From positions 448,625-512,624 of the forward strand of contig JBFWJC010000002.1 in the NCBI GenBank assembly GCA_050253415.1: a stretch of DNA of 64,000 bases, written 5' to 3'. Positions within the stretch are counted from its first letter, which is position 1. Each line of letters opens with the position of its first letter. Positions 9,402 through 19,145 of this stretch are shown here, in pieces. The translations under genes and the position numbers were made by a program. Source of the DNA: Pedobacter sp. Its GTDB lineage: Bacteria > Desulfobacterota > Desulfuromonadia > Desulfuromonadales > Syntrophotaleaceae. The notes beneath the pieces were generated by a model, which did not search any database, was not told the origin of the DNA, and worked only from the letters and a program-made list of their open reading frames with translations.

Positions 9402-11746
9402 CTCCTGTCGGCGGGATGCAGGCATGCTACGCCTGGCTGGCGCTGCGTCGCAAAAGAATGTACCTGTTGTGTCTCACGCTGCTGGTGCTGTGCGGCGCGA
9501 CCATGCTCACGTTGCAGGTCCGGGACGATATCGGCATCATGCTGCCTGCTTCGGCAACCCTGCAGCGCAGCCTTGCCCTGATGGACATGACCCCGTTTGC
9601 CCGCACGGTGTTTATAGAATTGCAGGACCACAATGCCGGCGGCGCGGGAGACCAGCTGGTGGCTGTCGCGAAGGCGGTTACCGCAAAGCTGAAACCGCCG
9701 CATTTTTCGCCGGTGTTGCCGGACAACCAGGCCATCCCCTCCCCGGGGGAGTTGCTGCGCCTGCTGCCATCGCTGGTCGATGCCGCCGACCTGGCAGATC
9801 TGGAAACACGGATCAGCCCCGAGGCGATGTCCCGGCGCATGGCAGGCAATTATACGGCTTTGCTGGGCATGAACGGGGTGCTTTCCAAACGCTTCATTCA
9901 GGTCGACCCGCTAGGGTTCCTGGAAGTACTGCTGGCCAAATGGAATCGCTTGCACATGTTTGGCGGGGCCCGGATGCAGGACGGTTTTTTGCTCAAACCG
10001 GACGGACGCACCCTGTTGATCATGCTCAAAACCGATGTGTCCGTGACCGATGCCGGCCAGTCGGAGACGCTGATGGGGGAGATCGATGCTGCCCTTGAGA
10101 GTCTTCCGGCGGGTATCGAAGCCACCGTTCTCAGTGGGCATCGTTATGCGTTGGCCAATGCGCGCACCATTAAAAGCGATCTTAAGCGGGTGTTTAGCAC
10201 CTCCGCCCTGGGATTGTTGCTGATCTTCATGGTTTTTATCCGCTCGCGGGATGTGGTGTGGATTGCCTTGCTGCCGGGCGCCGTGTTGCTGATTGCCGGC
10301 GCGGTACTGGCCTGGTGTTACGATGCCGTGTCCGGCATTACCCTCGGTTTTGGCGCTGTGCTGCTCGGCATCACCGTTGATTTTGCGCTGCATGTCTGGT
10401 TTGCCCTGCGGCATGCCGGGGGCACGCCCGGCCAGGCCGTGGCCCGCGTGGCGCGACCCGTTTTATATGGCGCCATGACCTCCATGGGAGCTTTTGCCGC
10501 GTTATTGACCTCGGATATCACAGGTATTCGTCAGTTGGCCGTGTTTGCGCTGGTCGGGTTGGTGAGCGGCCTGTTGCTGGCCTTGCTGGTGTTGCCGCAT
10601 CTGGTACATCCTGCCGGTGTCCGGCAGGCGGCCCCGTTGCAGGCCGGAACCGGGCGCTGGAACCTGCCGCTGGCGGCATTGGTGGTCGTCGCCCTCGGGA
10701 TTGGCCTCTGGGCGGGTGCCGGTGTGGGGATCGATCGGCAGTTACGTTCTGTCGGCATGTTCACCGAGGAATTGCAGCAGGCAGAACAGCGCATCCGCCA
10801 CAACTGGGGCGGTGCCAGGGATTCGGCGGTGCTGTTCGCGGAAGGTACGACCCTCGATCAGGCTCTGGAGCGCAACCACCGGTTGGCGCAGGTGTTGGCG
10901 GACCAGCTGCCGGACAGCGGTGTTGTCTCTCTCGATAGCTTGTGGCCACCGGCTTCGGTGCAGCATGCCAATCGGGCACGCTGGGCCCGATTCGTCGCAG
11001 AGCATGGTCGCGAGATGACCTCGGAGCTGTCCGTCGTTGCTGCCGGCTACGGCTTCTCGTCGCAGGCGTTCGCCCCCTTTACCGGATTTTTGAACGAACC
11101 GCCCTCGCGTCTCGACCCCGAATTTTTTGACCGGGCCGGAGTGGGATCGTTGAACGGTTTTTTACACGTGGTCGACGGGGGCAAACAGTATATGCTGAGC
11201 TTGCTGCCCGATACCCTTGAGCTGCGACAGCTGGCAGCTTCCGGCGGCTTGCCCGAGGGAGTGACCCTGGTCTCCAGCCAGGCTCTGGGGGGCCTGCTTG
11301 GACAGGCTATCAGCAAGGATTTTATCGTTTTCGTCGGTGTGGCGTGCGGCAGCATGTTTTTGTTGTTGCTGATGTTTTTTCGCCGTTTTGGATTCGCCCT
11401 GCTGGCCATGGTGCCGTTAGTGAGCGGTATCGTTGCGGTGTTGCTGCTGATGCGTGTAAGCGGTGGTTCCTTCAACCTGTTCAACGTGGTGGCCTTACCG
11501 CTGGTCATCGGCCTCGGCGCCGATTACGGTATATTCATGGTGTGCAAGGCGCGCTCCGTCGCGGATCTCGGCACCTCCAGAGCGGTGCTGGTATCCGGTC
11601 TCACCACGGTGGTTGGCTTCGGCGCGCTGGTCCTGGCGCGACACCCCGGCCTGCATACCCTCGGCTGCACCGTACTGGTCGGAGTCGGCGTGGCGATCCC
11701 GGTGGCATTGGTGCTGGTACCGGCCCTGTACAGGCGGACCGCATGA
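9398..11746 (+). CDS. MMPL/RND family exporter
   Basis: two repeated multi-TM blocks with GITVDF and GLGADYG motifs. Confidence 0.85.
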   Translation: MTPVGGMQACYAWLALRRKRMYLLCLTLLVLCGATMLTLQVRDDIGIMLPASATLQRSLALMDMTPFARTVFIELQDHNAGGAGDQLVAVAKAVTAKLKPPHFSPVLPDNQAIPSPGELLRLLPSLVDAADLADLETRISPEAMSRRMAGNYTALLGMNGVLSKRFIQVDPLGFLEVLLAKWNRLHMFGGARMQDGFLLKPDGRTLLIMLKTDVSVTDAGQSETLMGEIDAALESLPAGIEATVLSGHRYALANARTIKSDLKRVFSTSALGLLLIFMVFIRSRDVVWIALLPGAVLLIAGAVLAWCYDAVSGITLGFGAVLLGITVDFALHVWFALRHAGGTPGQAVARVARPVLYGAMTSMGAFAALLTSDITGIRQLAVFALVGLVSGLLLALLVLPHLVHPAGVRQAAPLQAGTGRWNLPLAALVVVALGIGLWAGAGVGIDRQLRSVGMFTEELQQAEQRIRHNWGGARDSAVLFAEGTTLDQALERNHRLAQVLADQLPDSGVVSLDSLWPPASVQHANRARWARFVAEHGREMTSELSVVAAGYGFSSQAFAPFTGFLNEPPSRLDPEFFDRAGVGSLNGFLHVVDGGKQYMLSLLPDTLELRQLAASGGLPEGVTLVSSQALGGLLGQAISKDFIVFVGVACGSMFLLLLMFFRRFGFALLAMVPLVSGIVAVLLLMRVSGGSFNLFNVVALPLVIGLGADYGIFMVCKARSVADLGTSRAVLVSGLTTVVGFGALVLARHPGLHTLGCTVLVGVGVAIPVALVLVPALYRRTA

Positions 11747-12423
11747 AATATCCACTGCTACTGGCAGCGCTGCTGGTGCTGTTGTGCGGATGCGCCGTGC
11801 CATCCCTCGATCCGCCCGGCACCGCCGCGCCAAGTCCCCGGTCCGAAGCCCTGGCGGGGAGCTTCTGGGGCCATAGCGGCCATCTGTTCCAGGGGCGTTA
11901 CAGTGCGGTGCTGGAGTGGGATGATCATCTGGTCACTTTTCAGGGGGTGCTGGAGGTCGACACCTTGCAGCGGCAGGCCCGTCTGGTGGCTCTGTCCGAC
12001 CTGGGGGCCCGGTTGTTTGATGTCACCCTGACCCCGGAGCAGACCTCGGTGCATACGTCGCTGCCGCATCTCGGCATATCGCGCATGCGCAAGCGGGTCG
12101 TGACAGCCGTGCGCCGGATGCTGCTTACGCATCTTCCCGGAATTCATGACGGCGTGACGCTCGATACCCAACCCCGCTTGAGCCGCTGCAGCCATGACGT
12201 CTGTCTGGTTTGCGGATTTGATCCCGATACGGGGTTGTTGCTTTACAAACAATATCGCACCCGCCAACCTCTGTGGCGTGTTACTTTTAGCGATTACCGG
12301 CAGTCAGGCGGTTATCAGGTGCCTCGGCGGTTCGCGTATAACGATAGCCGTGAGGGCGATAGCCTGACGATGGAATGGAACCCGGAAAGAAAAAGTCTGA
12401 ACCATGAGTCAATTACGCACTGA
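11743..12423 (+). CDS. lipoprotein (DUF3261-like)
   Basis: ATGA overlap at 11743; lipobox LLCGC; LVALSDLGARLF motif; position typical of aryl polyene clusters. Confidence 0.65.
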   Translation: MKYPLLLAALLVLLCGCAVPSLDPPGTAAPSPRSEALAGSFWGHSGHLFQGRYSAVLEWDDHLVTFQGVLEVDTLQRQARLVALSDLGARLFDVTLTPEQTSVHTSLPHLGISRMRKRVVTAVRRMLLTHLPGIHDGVTLDTQPRLSRCSHDVCLVCGFDPDTGLLLYKQYRTRQPLWRVTFSDYRQSGGYQVPRRFAYNDSREGDSLTMEWNPERKSLNHESITH

Positions 12424-12802
12424 ACTCGCATCGCACACCCTGGGGCCTGCACGCAAGTGTGCCGACGGATGGCACCAGTCCTTCTGTCTGCCCGAGTCGT
12501 TTGCCGGTTTTGAGGGGCATTTCCCCGATAACCCGGTGGTGCCGGCCGTGGTGCAGCTGCTGATGGGATTGCAGCTGGCGGAAGCGGCAGCAGGCAAAGC
12601 CCTGGCCATTGTCCAGGTAGTCAAGGCCAAGTTTCTGCAACCCTTGCGGCCCCTTGAAACGATTGAGGTTTGTTGCGTGCAGGAGCAAGAGGACGGCTTG
12701 TGCTGCAAGGTTGAAATTTCATCCGCATCCGGTATGGCATCGCAGTTCCGGCTCATTCTGTCGGCATCCGCGGAGCATCGGCAAGGAAAGGGCGGGGAAT
12801 GA
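12404..12802 (+). CDS. FabZ/ApeI-like 3-hydroxyacyl-ACP dehydratase
   Basis: FEGHFPDNPVVPAVVQL and KAKFLQPLRP motifs. Confidence 0.82.
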   Translation: MSQLRTELASHTLGPARKCADGWHQSFCLPESFAGFEGHFPDNPVVPAVVQLLMGLQLAEAAAGKALAIVQVVKAKFLQPLRPLETIEVCCVQEQEDGLCCKVEISSASGMASQFRLILSASAEHRQGKGGE

Positions 12803-13251
12803 GAAAACCGTATTTCCCGGACAAAAAAGGTCCATCTCCATTGAGCTTTACCGTTGAACGCCGGGTGCGTTTTGAAGAGGTCGATCCTCTCGGCATCGTC
12901 TGGCACGGGCGCTATGCGAGCTATTTCGAAGATGCCCGCGTCGCCCATGGCGACCACTTCGGCATCGGTTACCTGGACTTTTACAAATACGGCATCACCA
13001 CCCCGATCAAACAGTTTCACGTCGATTACGCCCAGCCATTGATCTACGGGGAAACGTATGCCATCGAGGCCCGGCTGCACTGGACCGAAGCGGCGCGGCT
13101 GAATTATGAATTTTTCATCACCAATGCCACCGGTGACCTGCTGACGCGCGGTTACTCGGTGCAACTGATGGTTGATGAGCATCGCGAGTTGCTGGTTTTC
13201 CCGCCCGAATTTTACGTGGAATTCCTGGAAAGTTGGCGGGTGAATCAATAA
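12799..13251 (+). CDS. acyl-CoA/ACP thioesterase (4HBT family)
   Basis: VRFEEVDPLGIVWHGRYASYFE motif. Confidence 0.88.
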   Translation: MRKPYFPDKKGPSPLSFTVERRVRFEEVDPLGIVWHGRYASYFEDARVAHGDHFGIGYLDFYKYGITTPIKQFHVDYAQPLIYGETYAIEARLHWTEAARLNYEFFITNATGDLLTRGYSVQLMVDEHRELLVFPPEFYVEFLESWRVNQ

Positions 13252-13334
13252 ATGAGGTTGCTGAAGATGTTGATTCAAATAGTTGGCCCGTTTGGCCTCC
13301 ACGCTGCGCTGAGATCAGGACGGGTGTGCCCAAT

Positions 13335-14504
13335 ATGAGCGCCTTGTGCAAGTGGCTGGTGGTCGTTCCGGTCTATAACCACGGAGGGACGCTGCGTCAG
13401 GTGGTTGAGCAGACTCTGACGATCCACCCCCATGTCCTGGTGGTGGATGACGGCAGCACCGATGGCGGAGCCGATACCCTTGCAGGGCTGCCGTGCGAGA
13501 TCGTTCGCCATCCTGCCAACCGCGGTAAGGGGGCGGCCATTCTCAGTGGCGCGGCCTTCGCCCGTGAACGGGGCATGACGCACATCATCACCCTGGATGC
13601 CGATGGACAGCATGATCCAGCCGATATCCCGAAGTTCTTTCCGCCGATCACTTCCGAGCCAACGGCGATCGTGGTCGGAGCGAGGGATTTCAGCGTACCC
13701 AATATTCCGGGCAGTTCCCGCTTCGGACGCAAATTTTCCCGCTTCTGGTTGCGGGTGCAGACCGGTTGCGATGTCAGCGACGTGCAGAGCGGTTTTCGTG
13801 CTTATCCGGTGCAGGTGCTGGAACAGCTGGCGCTGGGCGAAACAGGCTACGCTTTTGAGGTTGAAGTGCTGGTCAAGGCGGCCTGGGCCGGATTTCCGCT
13901 GCGCGATATCGACATCTCCGTTTACTATCCGGAGCCGGACAAGCGCGTATCGCACTTCGACAAGCTGCGGGACAATGTCCGCATCAGTTTGCTCAACACG
14001 CGGCTTACCACCCGTTCCATGTTGCCGGTGCCGCATCGCAAATATGCCGTCGACGGCGAGGGCAGGGTGAGCGTGATTCGCCCGTTGCGTTCGTTGCGGC
14101 TGCTGCTGGCGGACAATGCCACCCCCCGTGAACTGGCCCTGTCGGGGATGCTGGGCATGGCATTGGGGACCTTGCCGCTTATCGGCCTGCACTCCATCAG
14201 TATTTTATTCTCCGCCGGCTATCTGCGCCTTAACCGTATCTGCGCCCTGGCCGTGAGCCAGCTGTGCATGCCGCCGCTGGTGCCGGCGTTGTGTATCGAA
14301 GCAGGCTATTTTATGCGGCATGGACGGTTTTTGACCGAAATCTCCATGGAGACCCTCGGTCATCAGGTGCTGCAACGGTTGGGGGATTATGTCCTCGGCT
14401 CCGTGGCTATGGCGCCGGTACTGGCATTGCTGGTGGCCGGTCCTTTGTATGGCCTGGCCTGCCTGGTGCAGCGCAGCCTTAAACCGGGAGTGCGGCATGA
14501 GTAG
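13335..14504 (+). CDS. family 2 glycosyltransferase fused to DUF2062-like membrane domain
   Basis: VPVYNH, VVDDGSTD, DADGQH, DVQSGFR motifs; C-terminal hydrophobic region. Confidence 0.88.
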   Translation: MSALCKWLVVVPVYNHGGTLRQVVEQTLTIHPHVLVVDDGSTDGGADTLAGLPCEIVRHPANRGKGAAILSGAAFARERGMTHIITLDADGQHDPADIPKFFPPITSEPTAIVVGARDFSVPNIPGSSRFGRKFSRFWLRVQTGCDVSDVQSGFRAYPVQVLEQLALGETGYAFEVEVLVKAAWAGFPLRDIDISVYYPEPDKRVSHFDKLRDNVRISLLNTRLTTRSMLPVPHRKYAVDGEGRVSVIRPLRSLRLLLADNATPRELALSGMLGMALGTLPLIGLHSISILFSAGYLRLNRICALAVSQLCMPPLVPALCIEAGYFMRHGRFLTEISMETLGHQVLQRLGDYVLGSVAMAPVLALLVAGPLYGLACLVQRSLKPGVRHE

Positions 14505-15408
14505 TCCTGCGGCAAAAACCGCCTGGTCGAGCAAAAGCCTCGGAAACCGTTTCCAGCATCAGATCTTTTATGCTCTGCTGCGTCTGGCCGGACCCTGGCC
14601 GGCTTACGGGCTACTGCATCTGGTGGTGTTCTGGTACAATCTGCGGCCGTCGGTAAGGCGCAACGCCGGCTACTTCCTTGCCCGGCGTTTCGGACGACAG
14701 GCCTGGCCGCAGAGCTTCTGGCAGAGCTTCCGGCTTAGCCTGTCTTTCGGCAAGGTGCTGCTGGACCGGGCCATGCTCGGGGTGTTGGGGCGTGGCGAGG
14801 TGACGGTCGCTGCGGAGGATATGGACAATCTGCGCCAGATGTTGGCCCGTGGCCGGGGGGTGGTGATGCTCAATGCCCACTTCGGTTGTTGGCAAACCGG
14901 CATGGCGGGCCTGGAAGCCATCGACCGGCCGGTGAATATCGTTCTGCAAAAAGGCGCGGGCGATGTGGACAAGCACTATTTCGAGCATCGCTCCGGGCAG
15001 GCCGTGGTTAATCTTATCGATCCCAACGGACCTTTCGGGGGGACTCTCGATATGCTGGCGGCGCTCAAGCGCAACGAAATCGTCTGCATTATGGGCGATC
15101 GGGTGGTGGATGGCGACGCGAACACCGTTGCCGTTGATTTTATGGGTGGCACAGTACGCATGCCGTTTTCCATTTATGCCATCGCCTCGGCGGCCCGTGC
15201 TCAGGTTGCCGTAACCTTGATCGAGCGGCAGGGGCCGGGCCTGGCCAAGGTTCATTTTGCCGATTGTTTCGAGGTGCCGCCCGATTTGGGCAAAAGTCCA
15301 GCGGCCTTGCGCCCCTGGGTGCAGCGTTATGCCTGTGCTCTGGAACGCATGGCCTGGCAAAAGCCTTATCAGTTTTTCAACTTTTTTGATATGTGGGAAA
15401 AGGAGTAG
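14497..15408 (+). CDS. lipid A lauroyl-acyltransferase-like (LpxL family) acyltransferase
   Basis: AHFGCWQ, MGDR and C-terminal PYQFFNFFDMW motif. Confidence 0.82.
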   Translation: MSSPAAKTAWSSKSLGNRFQHQIFYALLRLAGPWPAYGLLHLVVFWYNLRPSVRRNAGYFLARRFGRQAWPQSFWQSFRLSLSFGKVLLDRAMLGVLGRGEVTVAAEDMDNLRQMLARGRGVVMLNAHFGCWQTGMAGLEAIDRPVNIVLQKGAGDVDKHYFEHRSGQAVVNLIDPNGPFGGTLDMLAALKRNEIVCIMGDRVVDGDANTVAVDFMGGTVRMPFSIYAIASAARAQVAVTLIERQGPGLAKVHFADCFEVPPDLGKSPAALRPWVQRYACALERMAWQKPYQFFNFFDMWEKE

Positions 15409-15410
15409 AG

Positions 15411-15662
15411 ATGTCGCTTAAGGAAGAGCTTAAGCAGGCCATTGTAGCCGATCTGAACCTGGAAGATGTGTCTCCGGATGAAATCGAGGACGACGAACCT
15501 TTGTTCGGCGAAGGTCTGGGCCTCGATTCCCTCGATGCGGTCGAGCTTGTCGTGTTGCTGCAAAAGCATTTCGGCATCGAGGTCAAGGATATGGAAGAAG
15601 GGCGGCAGGCGTTTGTCTCCATCGATGCGCTGGCGGCATTTATAGAGCAACGCCGGGGTTGA
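15411..15662 (+). CDS. acyl carrier protein (aryl-polyene type)
   Basis: PLFGEGLGLDSLDAVEL; AGGAG RBS. Confidence 0.92.
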   Translation: MSLKEELKQAIVADLNLEDVSPDEIEDDEPLFGEGLGLDSLDAVELVVLLQKHFGIEVKDMEEGRQAFVSIDALAAFIEQRRG

Positions 15663-15663
15663 T

Positions 15664-16851
15664 ATGACGGGCACTGTTTGTGTAACCGGGCTCGGTTGTC
15701 TGTGCGGCGCCGGGGGATCCCTGCCGGAAATCATGCATACCCTGTATGCCGGCCGACGTGCGCCCTGTGCCCCGACCAGAATGCGCTGCGAGCATGATGT
15801 GGTCTATCCGGTGTTTGAGCTGCCGGCATCCATCGACCTGCCGGTTGATTCCCGGACCAATCGCTCGCTGGCCATGGCCGTGGTGGCGGCCCGTGAAGCT
15901 CTGCAGCAGGCAGGTCTTACGCCGGATCTGCTGGCCGGTAAGCGTGTCGGAGTGTGCCTCGGGACCTCGACCGGAGCATCCCTCAACCTGCTCGACTATT
16001 ATGCCAGCCATAAAGCCGGTCAGCCTGGCGATCCCGCCGAAGTGGCCTTGTGGCGGTACAGCAATCCGGGGCTGGGACTGGCGCGTATATTGGATCTGAA
16101 TGGACCGGTCCAGACCGTGGTCAACGCCTGTTCATCCGGCAGCGATGCCGTGGGGATCGCCATGTCCTGGCTGCAACAGGGATTGTGTGATGTGGTGCTG
16201 GCCGGCGGCACCGACGAGTTGAGCATGGTGCCCTACAACGGGTTTATCCGTCTGATGATCTACGACAGTCAGCCGTGCCGTCCCTTCGATGTGCGGCGCA
16301 AAGGGCTGAATCTCGGCGAAGGCGCCGGCATGCTGGTGTTGGAACGGCGCAGCCACGCCGATCAGCGCGGTGCCGGGGTGCTGGCGGTAGCAGCCGGCTT
16401 CGGCAGTGCTGCCGACGCGCATCATCTGACCGCACCGCATCCCGAAGGCAGCAGCCTGCGATGCGCCACGCAGCAAGCTCTGGCGCAGGCGGGTATCGAT
16501 GCCGGGCAGATCGGTTTTATTAACGCCCATGCCACCGCGACCCCGAACAACGACCAGGCTGAGGCGAAGGTCTTGGCGGATATTTTCCCGCATGCGCCGG
16601 TGGTGGCGACCAAGGGGTATACCGGCCATACGCTCGGTGCGGCCGGAGCCATCGAAGCGGTGTTCACCGTGGCGGCCCTGCGGGATGGCAAACTTCCAGC
16701 CAGCATCGGTTGCGAACAGCCGGATCCGGCGTTGCAGGTGACCCCGGTGCAAGTCGAGACTCCTGTGGCTGCGGCGTACGGCCTGACCCAGTCCCTGGGG
16801 TTTGGCGGCAATAACGCGGTGCTGGTATTTGGACGAGGAGATCAGGCATGA
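15664..16851 (+). CDS. beta-ketoacyl synthase (KS alpha-like)
   Basis: NACSSG, HATAT, GHTLGAAG, SLGFGGNN. Confidence 0.9.
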   Translation: MTGTVCVTGLGCLCGAGGSLPEIMHTLYAGRRAPCAPTRMRCEHDVVYPVFELPASIDLPVDSRTNRSLAMAVVAAREALQQAGLTPDLLAGKRVGVCLGTSTGASLNLLDYYASHKAGQPGDPAEVALWRYSNPGLGLARILDLNGPVQTVVNACSSGSDAVGIAMSWLQQGLCDVVLAGGTDELSMVPYNGFIRLMIYDSQPCRPFDVRRKGLNLGEGAGMLVLERRSHADQRGAGVLAVAAGFGSAADAHHLTAPHPEGSSLRCATQQALAQAGIDAGQIGFINAHATATPNNDQAEAKVLADIFPHAPVVATKGYTGHTLGAAGAIEAVFTVAALRDGKLPASIGCEQPDPALQVTPVQVETPVAAAYGLTQSLGFGGNNAVLVFGRGDQA

Positions 16852-17657
16852 GGCTTGCCATTGATGGCCTGGGCCTGGTCGGGCCCTTTGGGCTCGGTAG
16901 CGGCGCCCTTCAAGCAGCGCAGAATGTATCAGCCATGCCGGCGCAGGCCGATGTTGCCGAACTGGCCCGGTTTTTTAACAAGCGCGAACTGCGGCGGGTT
17001 TCGCATTTTTGCCGGTTGGCATTGTTGGGGGCGACCCTGGCGGTGGAAGACGGCTGCTTCGCCGGCATCGACAAGGAGCGCATCGGGCTGATTCTGGCCA
17101 CCGGGCATGGTCCGGTCGCCACGACCTTCGATTTTCTCGACTCCATGTATGAATTCGGCGCCAAGCTGGCTTCCCCGACGGCTTTTTCCACCTCCATTCA
17201 CAATGTGGCGGCCTCTACCATTTCCATTATGTCCGGCTACACCGGTCCCTGTCTGACCGTCAACCAGTTCGCCATGTCCTGGGCTTCGGCCTTGTTGACG
17301 GCCTGGTGCTGGCTGGCCGAATCCCGCGTGGAGCGGGTGCTGGTCGGCGCGGTCGACGAATATCAGCCGCTGCTGGTCGAGGCCGCACGTCAGGCAGATT
17401 GTCCGTTGGCTACCGGCGAGGGCGCCGTATTTCTGGCCCTGTCCGCTGCGGAATCTGGCCGTTACGGCCTGATCACCGACGTGGCCATGGGCAACCTTGC
17501 TCCTCCGGCATCGCCGTCACCCCTGCCTTACGAACTGCCCGCCGGTCAGGCCTTTGCCCTTGCCGCCGCGCTGGTAAACGGTGCGTTCGGCCAACCGTTG
17601 GTAGCCACAGAGCCCGACGGCGCATGGAGCACCATCACCCTGGGGCCGCCTTTATGA
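16848..17657 (+). CDS. ketosynthase chain-length-factor-like protein
   Basis: truncated KS N-domain with SPTAFSTSIHN; no catalytic Cys motif; follows a KS gene. Confidence 0.8.
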   Translation: MRLAIDGLGLVGPFGLGSGALQAAQNVSAMPAQADVAELARFFNKRELRRVSHFCRLALLGATLAVEDGCFAGIDKERIGLILATGHGPVATTFDFLDSMYEFGAKLASPTAFSTSIHNVAASTISIMSGYTGPCLTVNQFAMSWASALLTAWCWLAESRVERVLVGAVDEYQPLLVEAARQADCPLATGEGAVFLALSAAESGRYGLITDVAMGNLAPPASPSPLPYELPAGQAFALAAALVNGAFGQPLVATEPDGAWSTITLGPPL

Positions 17658-18865
17658 CGATGGCGGATCGCATGTCCCTCGACAAGGAAGTCTTGCGTCG
17701 CGTGCTGCACAGCATGCTGCGCTCTCTGGTGTGGAATAAAAATGATTGGGCCGCTGAAAGTCGGCTGGTCGAAGATGCCATGGCACCGGTAGCACAGATT
17801 CTGCAGACCGCTACGGCCAGCGAGCTGAGCGAGGTGGCCGGCCGCTTTGCGGGGATGTTCGGTTGCGGCAGCCTTGCCGACCGGTTGACGCCGCAGATGA
17901 GCTGTGAGGAGTGGCTGGAGTGCCTGGTGGCCGGTGGCGCGCTGGAGGTCTCCCTTGTCACCTTCCATAGCTCCGGTTCGACCGGCGAACCGACTGCTTG
18001 TCCGCAACCGCTCTCGGTATTGTGGCAGGAGGTGGGCGAGTTGGGAAGACTGTCCGGCGACCGGCAGCGGTTGGTCAGTGTCGTGCCTCAGCACCATATC
18101 TACGGGTTTTTGTTCTCGGTCCTGTTGCCTTGCCAGTTGGGGGTGTCGACCGAACTGCTGCCGCCTTTTCCCGGTGCCGGACTGTCCGCTTTGTTGCGGG
18201 AGGGGGATTTGCTGATAGCCTTCCCCGCATTCTGGAAAAGCCTTACGCTACTGGGCCTGCGGTTTCCCGCCGGGGTGCGGGGGGTGACCTCCACCGGACC
18301 GTGTCCGCCGCAGATCATAGAGCAATTGCGTCAGCAGGGGCTTGAGGCCATGCTGGAGGTTTACGGTTCCTCGGAGACCAGCGGCGTCGGTTATCGTTGG
18401 AAGCCGACCGCACCTTACAGCCTGTTTCGCTTCTGGCAGCCGGTTGCTCTGCAGCAGCCGAGCCCCGATGCCCTCATCCGGCATCAGCTCGACGGCCTTC
18501 TGGCCGAGCCGGTTATGCTCCCCGACGAGGTGCAATGGGTCGACGAGCGCACCTTCCGCCCTGTGCGTCGCCGCGATCAGGCGGTGCAGGTGGCCGGCAT
18601 CAATGTCTATCCCCAATATGTTGCGTCCTGCCTTAAACAACACCCTGCGGTTGACGACTGCGTCGTGCGCTTGATGCGTCCCGAAGAAGGGGAGCGCCTT
18701 AAGGCTTTCGTGGTCCCCGTCGATCCCGATCAATGTACCACCACCCTGCGCAGCGCGTTGATCGAATGGTGCAAACAGCGCCTCAAAAGCGTGGAACAGC
18801 CCCGCAGCTTCACCTTCGGGGCGCAATGCCCCACTCAGGGGATGGGCAAGCTGGCCGATTGGTAG
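17654..18865 (+). CDS. AMP-dependent acyl/aryl-CoA or -ACP ligase
   Basis: SSGSTGEP, HHIYGFLF, EVYGSSET and terminal GK motifs; ATGA overlap. Confidence 0.85.
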   Translation: MTMADRMSLDKEVLRRVLHSMLRSLVWNKNDWAAESRLVEDAMAPVAQILQTATASELSEVAGRFAGMFGCGSLADRLTPQMSCEEWLECLVAGGALEVSLVTFHSSGSTGEPTACPQPLSVLWQEVGELGRLSGDRQRLVSVVPQHHIYGFLFSVLLPCQLGVSTELLPPFPGAGLSALLREGDLLIAFPAFWKSLTLLGLRFPAGVRGVTSTGPCPPQIIEQLRQQGLEAMLEVYGSSETSGVGYRWKPTAPYSLFRFWQPVALQQPSPDALIRHQLDGLLAEPVMLPDEVQWVDERTFRPVRRRDQAVQVAGINVYPQYVASCLKQHPAVDDCVVRLMRPEEGERLKAFVVPVDPDQCTTTLRSALIEWCKQRLKSVEQPRSFTFGAQCPTQGMGKLADW

Positions 18866-18987
18866 CTGGCCAGCTCACTCAACTGCGCCATATTCCGTTT
18901 TCTGGTTATGCACTATTTTCAAGTTGCCCCAAATCTTTGAAAATCGGTGCACCGCCAGCGTGAATTGGACAACCAAATATATTTTTT

Positions 18988-19091
18988 ACCACGAAGGACA
19001 CTAAGAGCACGAAGAAATACTGATAAAACAGACCCTTATGGTTGTCTTTTGTCTTAGTTTTCCCCTTCGTGTCCTTCGTGATCTTCGTGGT
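18988..19091. repeat. inverted repeat built from 9-mer units
   Basis: ACCACGAAG-GACACTAAG-AGCACGAAG (18988-19014) versus CTTCGTGTC-CTTCGTGAT-CTTCGTGGT (19065-19091), between convergent genes. Confidence 0.75.
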
Positions 19092-19145
19092 TCAAGCTTT
19101 TAGATTCTGCGTTTTTCCCGCCACAAGTTAAACCCAACTTCCCGA

